Assembly (NCBI GenBank): GCA_049472315.1
Contig: JBLIRN010000015.1
Location: 2,598-66,597, forward strand
Reading direction: 5' to 3'
Origin: a bacterium
GTDB taxonomy: Bacteria > SZUA-182 > DTGQ01 > JAFGSM01
Length of the DNA: 64,000 nucleotides
The notes beneath the pieces were generated by a model, which worked only from the letters and a program-made list of their open reading frames with translations, did no database searches and was not told the origin of the DNA. A program made the position numbers and the translations under genes. Shown here piece after piece: positions 38,262 to 46,787 of the stretch (within the stretch, counting starts at the first letter, position 1; the number at the start of each line of letters is the position of its first letter).

Positions 38262-40394
38262 TTACCGTTCACTTCCGGAGACACCGAGACGTTTCAGCCA
38301 CCACACCACGCCGAGGGCGGCAGTGGCGGTGAGTATGATCGCTGCGGCCAGCAATACGAATTCCAGGGGTGCGGGGTTGCGGATAATGGCCCCCGCCCGG
38401 TCTGCAACGATGGCAACAATCAGAAGACCCGGCAGCACACCGAGGATGGTGCCCGGCAGGAAATGGCGGAAACGGGTGTGTGATGCCCCGGCCACAAGAT
38501 TCACCAGTGTAAAGGACGCCACAGGCACCACCCGTACCGCCAGGACCGAACGCACCCCGTTTCGAGCGATGAGCCGGCTGACTATATTGAGCCGGGGACC
38601 GGCGATCCGCCGGATGATCCCCCGGCCGAGGAGGCGGCCAAGCCAGAAGGTGAACACGGCGCCTGCCAGTATCCCCGCATAGGCGTAAGCGAAACCGGTA
38701 AATGGGCCAAAAATCACCACGGTGGCCACGATGAGCAGGGTGACCGGCAGGGCGATAAGTGAGAAAACGGCGTATACGAGCATGACCCACAGGGACGTGA
38801 GCTTGGAGCTCCTGATTATTGCAGCAAGTTGTTTCAGGGCCTCCACGTCGATCCATTCCCCGAAAGGCGACCACCGCCAGGCGGCGACGAGCCCTGCAAC
38901 GGCTGCAAGAATGAGGGTGACCACAACGATGCGCTGCCTGGCGGAACGGCGGTGCTCGGAGGGAAGCATCTCCCGGGCCAGACGATCGGGATCGATGGGC
39001 ACCTCCGGATCGATAACCACCGCCTCGGGCACCATGGCGTCAACGGCAAGCGGGATGTCCGCAGGAATGGGCCCCATGCTCCGTTCGCCGCCCTGAAGCT
39101 GTTGAATTGCCCTGATCAGCGATCCGGTCCCCGAATGCACCTCTGCAACCCGTTCCGGGGTCGCCCCCAGGTGCTCGGCAAGAAGCCGGCAGCGCAGGCT
39201 GGCAATGGCTGCGGCATGGGTTTCGGTGAGGGCCTCCATGGCCAGATCGCACTCCGTGTCATATCCCATGGACCGGTTGTTGAGATTGGCCGAGCCTATG
39301 CGCACGAACCGGTCATCGACGATCATCAGCTTGCTGTGAAGATTGATCTGCGCTGCCTCCAGTGCCGCATGACGCGGATAGCACACCAGAAGTCTTTCCC
39401 GTTTATCCACCTCCCTCAACCTTTTGACGAGCCGTGCCCGCAACACCTCCATGGTCACCTCCTCCAGCCAGCCTCCTCCGGACAGGCGGGAGACAATGAC
39501 TACCTCCGGTCCTTTCGCCTCCTGCAGGCGCGTTGACAGTGCCTCTGCAATCTCCGCTGAGGTGAGGTATTGATTTTCGATATAGATGAACCGGCGGGCC
39601 GCGGCAATGGCGTCAAGGTAGAGCTGTTTCACCTCCCGCACCTCCGGGTGTTGTTTGTACCGGGGCTCGGTGCGGGCAATGGCCACCTCTGCATCGCGTA
39701 TATCCGGTGAAACCCCGGCGGGCCATGGATCAGGGCCTTCCGGGGCATGTGATGAGGGAGGCCGGTGGCCGGTGGCACGGCGCCACCGCTCCCCGGCCAG
39801 TTCACCCAGGGCGGCTGCGGCCTTCCCGTCGACCAGCATCTGTATGTCGTGAAAGGGCGGATAGGGGTTCCCTTGCGGATTGATACGGCGTGGGTCACCG
39901 GGGAGATGCTCGGGGGTGTCCCATCGTCCCCTGGTGAGATCCAGTCCCCCCACAAAGGCCACGGCATCGTCGATCACCACGATCTTCTGATGGTGGGACC
40001 CACCCACAGGATGGGCGGCGTCCAGGCGGAAGCGGAGTCTGGGATGGGAGGTCCATGCAGGCCGGAAAACGGGAAACAACTCGCGGTTGAATGCGTAGAC
40101 CATGGCAAAGTCCCAGTCCAGCAGATACACCTGAAGGTCCCTGCGCTGCGAGACCAGGGCGTCGAGGAATTCACCAAGCCGAACCGGCAGGTCGTCCTGA
40201 GGCGTGTCCCGCACCATTCGGACCTGGCTGTGCATATCCCAGCCGACGATGAATAGGGAACGCTGTGCACGGGCCGCTGCCTCCCTGAAGGCCGCGAAGT
40301 AGGATGCGCCGTCTATCAGAAAGGCCACCCTGTCCGACCTGAAGATACGCCAGCAGTTGCGGCCCGGACGAAGGATGCGGTCACTCATCTTCAT
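38262..40394 (-). CDS. phospholipase D-like (two HKD motifs) fused to a C-terminal DedA/TVP38 membrane domain
   Basis: HKD-1 HHQKIVVIDDAVAFVGGLDL. HKD-2 LHSKLMIVDDRFVRIGSANLNNRS. C-terminal ~230 aa with multiple TM helices and DedA-like pattern (FGPFTGFAYAYAGILAGAVFTFWLGRLLG...). Long antisense ORFs 38269..38874(-) and 38829..39536(+) are rejected. Confidence 0.9.
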   Translation of the reverse strand: MKMSDRILRPGRNCWRIFRSDRVAFLIDGASYFAAFREAAARAQRSLFIVGWDMHSQVRMVRDTPQDDLPVRLGEFLDALVSQRRDLQVYLLDWDFAMVYAFNRELFPVFRPAWTSHPRLRFRLDAAHPVGGSHHQKIVVIDDAVAFVGGLDLTRGRWDTPEHLPGDPRRINPQGNPYPPFHDIQMLVDGKAAAALGELAGERWRRATGHRPPSSHAPEGPDPWPAGVSPDIRDAEVAIARTEPRYKQHPEVREVKQLYLDAIAAARRFIYIENQYLTSAEIAEALSTRLQEAKGPEVVIVSRLSGGGWLEEVTMEVLRARLVKRLREVDKRERLLVCYPRHAALEAAQINLHSKLMIVDDRFVRIGSANLNNRSMGYDTECDLAMEALTETHAAAIASLRCRLLAEHLGATPERVAEVHSGTGSLIRAIQQLQGGERSMGPIPADIPLAVDAMVPEAVVIDPEVPIDPDRLAREMLPSEHRRSARQRIVVVTLILAAVAGLVAAWRWSPFGEWIDVEALKQLAAIIRSSKLTSLWVMLVYAVFSLIALPVTLLIVATVVIFGPFTGFAYAYAGILAGAVFTFWLGRLLGRGIIRRIAGPRLNIVSRLIARNGVRSVLAVRVVPVASFTLVNLVAGASHTRFRHFLPGTILGVLPGLLIVAIVADRAGAIIRNPAPLEFVLLAAAIILTATAALGVVWWLKRLGVSGSER

Positions 40395-40512
40395 TGCATC
40401 CCATCTCCCTTCGCCGCCTCACCCTGTTTGGGGTGGATTCTTGATCCTTGCAGGTCTCGGATGGGAGGGGATCTGATTGAAAGGACCCCTTCGGGATCAT
40501 CGGCCTGGCTGA

Positions 40513-40803
40513 TTACTTGAATCTGGACAGGGCCGACTTGACCGCCTCGCCCATGGAATCCCAGGCGCTCTCAACGCCTTCCTTGAGGTCCTCCCAGGCA
40601 TCCCCGCCGGCATCCTGAAGGGCCTTCAACCGTTCCTCCAGTTCCTTGCGTTTGGCCTGCAGATTCTCAATCTGCTCATGGAGCTTGATCTTCCTTTCGG
40701 CCTCCGCCTGATCCATCTTTGCCCTGAACTTGTCGATCTGGGCATTCCATTCGTCCAATTTGGCCTTCAACTGTGCCACATAGGCGTCCCTTTTTTCGCT
40801 CAC
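40513..40803 (-). CDS. hypothetical coiled-coil protein
   Basis: ORF 40513..40884. Likely start is the GTG at 40803, after an AGGAGG RBS (MSEKRDAYVAQLKAKLDEWNAQIDKFRAKMDQAEAERK...). Heptad-rich, about 96 aa. Confidence 0.5.
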   Translation of the reverse strand: MSEKRDAYVAQLKAKLDEWNAQIDKFRAKMDQAEAERKIKLHEQIENLQAKRKELEERLKALQDAGGDAWEDLKEGVESAWDSMGEAVKSALSRFK

Positions 40804-41271
40804 GTCGTTTTCCTCCTGTGCATAGGGATACGATGTTCGGTGACTGATGTGTCGAGTGCCTCCTCGAGTTCTGCCCATGGGCACCGCTTGCTAGGGTTGC
40901 CCGCAATGTCCCCGTTTCCGGATAACATTATCGGTCAGGCAAACGATGCGCTGGTGAAGGATAAACGCGGTGTATCGTGTCATGTGTTCGCTGCGGCGAA
41001 TATCGTCATGAAGGAGTCGCGTCCGAATTTATAAGAAGCAGAAGGATCAAAGGAAAAAGGCAAGACAGCGTGTCATTACTAGTTTACAGCACCCTGAAAT
41101 CCCTTGTCAATATGGGCGTTCGGATATCCGGGCACATTTCAAGGGCCGCCGCGATTATCCGCTGGCTGACCCGCATGTGCCGGCTACATCGGTATGCCTT
41201 GGAACATGCCATGTGCCGAAGTCATGGGGAGCGGGGCATCAACTTGACACGCAACAACGATCTGATAATAG

Positions 41272-41291
41272 ATATGCAAATATTTACTAAC
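41272..41291. promoter_or_regulatory. site C of the recurring AT-rich motif (half-palindrome ...CAAATATTTACTAAC)
   Basis: The 13-mer AATATTTACTAAC at 41279..41291 is identical to site A. Lies about 380 nt upstream of the AI-2E transporter gene in a 630-bp non-coding gap. Confidence 0.4.
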
Positions 41292-41671
41292 TATACAACC
41301 TCGTTTATTCACTTTGTCAAGGGAAAACAACCGGCAATTTTTTTTGGCTGATGTACTTCATTTGCACGAATCCGTCCTCCCTCTCAATTCGCGGGCCGGA
41401 GGCCAAATCCAATACAGATGGCCTGATGCATTACCGCGCCTTGTTCCATACCGTTCACCGTATGCCCGGTCGGGCCGTCCTTCATGATAATGGGGCGTGA
41501 CGGTGCCAGCGGGAGTGGACATAATTCCATTAACCGCCGCTCGGATGGATGGGTGATTTGATTCGGGAAGGGGTTTCTGGTATCAATGAGCATAGCCTCG
41601 CGCCTACCCATGCTTTGGGACTCAAGGACCATACTTGGAATTGCCGGTAATGACTCTGGGGGGATTGTGCC

Positions 41672-42736
41672 ATGGAATTCAAACGGTATAATATCTATTT
41701 TCTCTTTCTCCTTCTGGCTGCAAACGGGATTTTGATCTATCTCATCTTTAAGCCCTTTCTCATTGCGATACTCACCGCAGCGGTGCTGGCGGTCGTTTTC
41801 AGCGGCCCCTATCGATTTTTCCTCAGGATTCTCCGCAAACGCATGGCCATCGCATCCCTGCTCACCTGCATCCTGGTTGCGGTCACCATCATCATCCCTG
41901 TATCGGCCATCCTTGGCCTGGTGATGAGGGAGGCGAACAGCCTGTATCAGGGGATATCCTCTGAGACCGGCGTGTACCAGAAATACATAGTGGAAGCCAT
42001 GTCTTACCTGAAAAACCTTCCCTTTGCATCATCACTGAAGCCCGAGGAAATCCTGGGACAGAAGTGGGTCTTGGACGCACTCAGGAACCTGAGCCAATGG
42101 CTGATCCTGATCGTGAGGAAGACCTACGAGAATGTCATGGGGATCGGCATTGGCACCTTTGTGATGTTCTTCACCCTTTTTTACTTCTTTATGGATGGGG
42201 AGCGGCTGGTGGAAAGGCTCCTGTATTTGAGCCCGTTGAAAAGCAGCCAGGAGGAAATGCTGCTCGGAAAATTCGTGTCCATCAGCAGGGCCACCCTCAA
42301 GGGTGCCCTTATCGTAGGCATCATCCAGGGACTCATCGGAGGGATCATCTTCGCGGTCACGGGTGTTCCTTCGCCTGTCATCTGGACGATCGTGATGATC
42401 ATCCTCTCCATGGTCCCCCTGCTGGGATCGGGTCTGGTATGGTTTCCGGTGGGGGTGGTGCAACTGCTGACGGGTAATATATGGCAGGGTTTCGTGGTGC
42501 TGGGCGTGGGCCTCGGCATTATCTCCACCATCGACAACCTGCTCAGACCCCGGTTGGTGGGACACGACATTCAGATGCACCCCTTGCTGGTCTTCTTCGC
42601 CACCCTGGGCGGTATTGTGGTTTTCGGGATTGCCGGGTTCATTCTCGGCCCCATACTCACCGCATTTTTTCTGACCCTCCTTGAGATCTATGCAATAGAG
42701 TTCAAGCATCAACTCGATAACACGGACAATGCATGA
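41672..42736 (+). CDS. AI-2E family transporter (PerM/YhhT, UPF0118)
   Basis: Eight TM helices. Family pattern ...GALIVGIIQGLIGGIIFAVTGVPSPVIWTIVMIILSMVP..G..VW.P. Confidence 0.9.
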   Translation: MEFKRYNIYFLFLLLAANGILIYLIFKPFLIAILTAAVLAVVFSGPYRFFLRILRKRMAIASLLTCILVAVTIIIPVSAILGLVMREANSLYQGISSETGVYQKYIVEAMSYLKNLPFASSLKPEEILGQKWVLDALRNLSQWLILIVRKTYENVMGIGIGTFVMFFTLFYFFMDGERLVERLLYLSPLKSSQEEMLLGKFVSISRATLKGALIVGIIQGLIGGIIFAVTGVPSPVIWTIVMIILSMVPLLGSGLVWFPVGVVQLLTGNIWQGFVVLGVGLGIISTIDNLLRPRLVGHDIQMHPLLVFFATLGGIVVFGIAGFILGPILTAFFLTLLEIYAIEFKHQLDNTDNA

Positions 42737-42840
42737 TCGGTCTTCCGGGGGGTCGGTTCGCCATCGACATGCCAGGAAAGGCAGAAGAGGAGAATTGATG
42801 ACTCCCAGGATCGGGATTTGAAGATGCGCCCTTCGCACAA

Positions 42841-43803
42841 TCAATATCCGATTCCTTTCAGCACCTGTTTCAGGCTCTCCGCCGAATGCCTGAACCCATC
42901 CTGTTCCTGCTCGGAGAGCGTTAGTGCCAAGAATCGCTCCACACCGGTTTTATTCACCAGGGAGGGGATGCTCAGGCACACGTCGTTTACACCGTAATAG
43001 TCGTTGATCAGGGTGGAAATGGGGAGCACGGAGTTTTCGTCCCGCAACAGCGCCTCGGTGATCCGCACCAGTGCAAGGGCGATCGCATAGTAGGTCGCCC
43101 CCTTGTCCTCTATGATCTTGTAGGCGGCGTTCTTTACCTCTTCGAAGATATGCTCGCGGTTTCGCTCCATGTCGCATTGCCTCTGCTGGACGCAGTGCGT
43201 GCAGTAAGACTCGAAGTGCATGCCGCCGATGCTCGCGTTGCTCCAGACGGGGAGCTCCGTATCACCGTGTTCACCGATGATGTAGGCGTGCACGTTCCTG
43301 GGATCCACATTACAGTGGTCGCTGAGCAGATACCGCAGTCTCGATGTGTCCAGGACCGTTCCCGATCCCAAGACCCTGTGGGAGGCATACCCGGATACCT
43401 TCAGGGTGACATAGGTGAGGATGTCCACGGGATTGGTGACCACCAGGATCACGGAATCCCCGGCGTACCTGGTGATCTGGGGGATCATCTCCTTGAATAT
43501 TCCGACATTCTTTTCCACCAGATCGATCCGGGTCTCTCCCGGCTTCTGGCTCGCACCGGCGGTAATAACCACCAGGTCCGAGCCCACGCACCCTTCGTAT
43601 CCTGCATCGTAGATCCTTGCCGGCTGTGCAAAGCTCAGGCCATGGTTCAGGTCCATACACTCACCGGCGGCCCTCTCCCGATTCAGGTCAATGAGCACGA
43701 TCTCCCGGGCCAGCCCGCTGAGCATCAGGGAAAAGGCAAAGGTGCTTCCCACGTTTCCTGCGCCTACGATGGATACCTTGGGCCTCATTGCAGTCATGCT
43801 CAT
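42841..43803 (-). CDS. ldh: L-lactate dehydrogenase
   Basis: NAD-binding VSIVGAGNVG. Substrate loop AGASQKPGETRIDL with Gln at the LDH-specific position. Catalytic IIGEHGDTELPVWS. Alternative starts at 43797/43788. Confidence 0.85.
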   Translation of the reverse strand: MSMTAMRPKVSIVGAGNVGSTFAFSLMLSGLAREIVLIDLNRERAAGECMDLNHGLSFAQPARIYDAGYEGCVGSDLVVITAGASQKPGETRIDLVEKNVGIFKEMIPQITRYAGDSVILVVTNPVDILTYVTLKVSGYASHRVLGSGTVLDTSRLRYLLSDHCNVDPRNVHAYIIGEHGDTELPVWSNASIGGMHFESYCTHCVQQRQCDMERNREHIFEEVKNAAYKIIEDKGATYYAIALALVRITEALLRDENSVLPISTLINDYYGVNDVCLSIPSLVNKTGVERFLALTLSEQEQDGFRHSAESLKQVLKGIGY

Positions 43804-44236
43804 CCCCCTTTCGGTCTTTCGTTATGTTCGGAATGCCGGCTTGTCCTGACCATACCGGATTGTGATCATGATTTTGTATGAAGTTTTATAATGAATTATT
43901 TGTTTTTATGAGTTCTCATCCCTCGTTGCGATCGAAGGATCATGATGGCTATTGTGCAATCATGGTCTATTATGTAATCGTAGCCATGCCGAGTAATCGT
44001 AGCCTGAGTATGTATGTGAGAAGCCTATTATATTATAAAAAGAGGTGTGAGGGGATTGCCTTTTTCGCCTTCTTTATGGCCATTTCCCATTACGTGGCCG
44101 GTAATGATGAATGGAACAGCGGTATCAGACTCGGGAAGCAGGGCTTTTGATGATCATGCCTTCAGGATCAGGCGACTGTGCCTCGATATCCGGTTGCTTA
44201 TATGATGCCCCGCCCTTGAATAAACGAAGACCTACC

Positions 44237-44692
44237 TCAAAAGGGGTAAAAAGGCAGCAGCCCTCCGGCAATGATCGCTGAAAGGAAGAGTGCTTCAGGG
44301 GTGTAGTCTTCAGGGTAGAGATAGATCGTGAAGGGCGCCTCCAGTTCCTCAAGTTTAATGGTATCCAAATCCGGCGGTTTGATGAGGACCTTGATATCCG
44401 TAATCGCCGACGGTGGCAGAAAGATGGTGGTGGTACCCGCGATACGGGCCAGAGGACTCTGCAAAGGCGAAGGAACGGCAAAGGTCGGGGGATTGGAGAA
44501 AACGGGGTTCAACCACGCCTGGCCATAGAGAGGGCTCAGGGGCGGCAGGAACGGGCGAAATGGCCCCCAAACGGCATAGGGATTTATCCACTGCGCTGTT
44601 GATGTCTGTCCAATGCCTATACCTGCCAGAATGATTATCGCAATAACCAACCATCCGAATCCCTTGACCGGAAACCGTGCCTTCATTTCCAT
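44237..44692 (-). CDS. hypothetical secreted protein
   Basis: 151-aa ORF with signal peptide KGFGWLVIAIIILAGIGIG. Pro-rich. No recognisable family. Lies between AT-rich spacers. Confidence 0.4.
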   Translation of the reverse strand: MEMKARFPVKGFGWLVIAIIILAGIGIGQTSTAQWINPYAVWGPFRPFLPPLSPLYGQAWLNPVFSNPPTFAVPSPLQSPLARIAGTTTIFLPPSAITDIKVLIKPPDLDTIKLEELEAPFTIYLYPEDYTPEALFLSAIIAGGLLPFYPF

Positions 44693-45302
44693 CCCCCCAA
44701 ATCATCGTAAATAACGGCTGCAAGACCGTGTCGACGCCTTTCGGCACCTTTAATTACCGTTTTTATATAAAGCATTATTAATACCACGGTGAGCCCTGCA
44801 CGATGGACATTACCTCTCATCGTATATTCGAATTAAACTAATTGAAAAATAGAAGATACCAGACCAATGCCAAAAAAGAATATTTTTTCATATTGTTAAA
44901 AATATATAATGCTCTATGCATAGTTGCAAATTTTTTCATATACCCTGTGCCCTTTTCCACTGACATTCCGTCCGATGACCAAGGGAGATATCCTTGTGCC
45001 TGATCGGGAGGTGAGTGGCCCGGTTTCGAGGCCCTGTCCGGGGTGAGAAGAGAGCCCGACCGCAGCACGTGTGTATGAGCTGCCCAGGCAATCACAACGG
45101 GGTGCACGATTCCGCCTTCCACGATGATAGATGAAAAGATGCGGCATTGTGCGGCGGCTCGGCGGGCGGGCACCACCGGGAACGTTTTGACGGGCGGGCA
45201 AGGCTATGAGAAAATAACCTGAAGGCATGAAGGCGTTTACATGACCCAGCGTCCCTAACAATTGGAATGGATTATCATTCACTCGAAAGGAGGTAGGTCC
45301 CA

Positions 45303-45698
45303 ATGGCCACATTCAGGGATTTATTACAATCTGCTGACTGGAAGCAGGAAAAGCACGTTCCCATCATCGTGTGTCCGAAAAGGATCAAGAAGGGTGAATT
45401 CTTCAGGATCGAGGTGAGCATCGGCAAGGAGGTGGCCCATCCCAACACCACCGGGCATCACATCCGATGGATCGCGGTTTATTTTAAACCAACGGAGGAG
45501 AAGTTCCCCTATCAGATAGGACGGGCGGATTTCACCGCACACGGCGAGTCCAGTAAGGGTCCGGACACCAGCACGGTATATACGCATCACGAGGTGGTCT
45601 TAAGCTTCAAAACCGACCTGCCGGGCACCGTTTTCGCCGCAAGTTATTGCAACATTCACGGATTGTGGCAGAACGCACAGGAAATAGACGTGGAATAA
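45303..45698 (+). CDS. superoxide reductase (1Fe-SOR, neelaredoxin/desulfoferrodoxin catalytic-domain family)
   Basis: Ligand pattern (E)KHVPII ... HP....HHI.WI ... C.IHGLW, matching the SOR center II His4Cys site. AAAGGAGG RBS 6 nt upstream. Confidence 0.85.
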   Translation: MATFRDLLQSADWKQEKHVPIIVCPKRIKKGEFFRIEVSIGKEVAHPNTTGHHIRWIAVYFKPTEEKFPYQIGRADFTAHGESSKGPDTSTVYTHHEVVLSFKTDLPGTVFAASYCNIHGLWQNAQEIDVE

Positions 45699-45811
45699 GG
45701 GAGTGTGCCGAAGGGTTCCTGCTCACCGACCTCTACCGGCTTACCTTGGCCCAGCCCTGGTAACGGATAAGGCTTCATGAGCGGGGTGGGCAGTTCGACT
45801 TCTTCCGCCAG

Positions 45812-46438
45812 TCACTGACCCAGCGTTTTCACCACCGTATCGCTTGTGATGATACGCGCCCCCTTGTGCTCCATTTCCTTGAATGCCCTGTCAACATCCC
45901 CGAGGTTCAGGTCGACGCCGCGAACACCGTCCTTAACCACTGTGACGCTATACCCGAGTTCCAATGCATCCAGGGCGGTGAACTTGACACAATAGTCGGT
46001 GGCCAGGCCGGCAATAAAAAATTCACCGATGCCTTTGTCATGCAGGTAGTCGTCAAGGGGTGTCTTGTTGATTCTCCGATTGTCGAAGAATGCGCTGTAG
46101 GAATCCACCCCGGGATCGGTTCCCTTGTGCAGGATGAAATCGCCCTCCCTTACTATGAGCCCCTCGTGCAGGCGGGCGCCCCATGTGTTCTGGATACAGT
46201 GGTCAGGCCAGAGGATCTGAGGGATGGCGCCGACATCGATGACCTCGCCGGGCTTTCTGCCGTGTGTTGAGGCGAAACTCACATGATTTTTTGGGTGCCA
46301 GTCCTGGGTGAAGACCACATCATCGAATAGGTCCCTTATCCTGTTTATTACCGGGACTATCTGATCCCCTTCATTCACCGGAATCGCCCCTCCGGGGCAG
46401 AAATCGTTCTGAACGTCCACGACGATGAGAGCATGCAT
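45812..46438 (-). CDS. pncA: nicotinamidase/pyrazinamidase (isochorismatase family)
   Basis: ALIVVDVQNDFCPGGA. Catalytic triad context D..K..C with GLATDYCV. Confidence 0.85.
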   Translation of the reverse strand: MHALIVVDVQNDFCPGGAIPVNEGDQIVPVINRIRDLFDDVVFTQDWHPKNHVSFASTHGRKPGEVIDVGAIPQILWPDHCIQNTWGARLHEGLIVREGDFILHKGTDPGVDSYSAFFDNRRINKTPLDDYLHDKGIGEFFIAGLATDYCVKFTALDALELGYSVTVVKDGVRGVDLNLGDVDRAFKEMEHKGARIITSDTVVKTLGQ

Positions 46439-46787
46439 CGTTTACCTCCTTTGTGGGATTTTCACGGGATATTGTCTTCGGACACCCTGAGAAAGGGGGC
46501 ATGAGGATGGTCACAATGGGCGTCCCATTGTTGATTCCACTGTGGATATGTCGAGATTCTCGTGCCCACTGCAGGCTGTATCCCAGGATCTGATGAAAAT
46601 CCACGATCAACGAAATTTCCCACGAGCGTTACATGTGACAGCCTTTATACAGGCGGATTGACAGGAAAACGGGTTTGCTACTAAAGAGTATAAACCAAGG
46701 CATGTTATGAAATCAATTGTGATTCCATGGCGCTGGCACTGATGCCCGGGCAGAGGCTCTGTCGGGTAAAGGGTAGGATGGGGAGGA

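Noticed and set aside
38269-39536. ORFs 38269..38874(-), 38829..39536(+), 39765..40256(+) overlapping the PLD::DedA gene
   Set aside because: They are in an alternative frame or antisense to a gene with two clear HKD motifs and a DedA domain. They have Arg/Pro/Gly-rich composition.
43878-44150. ORF 43878..44150(+) and short direct repeats GTAATCGTAGCC (43974..43985 and 43993..44004) in the AT-rich spacer upstream of ldh
   Set aside because: The ORF has very low complexity and no RBS, and sits in an AT-rich promoter-like region. The 12-bp repeats are too short to interpret.
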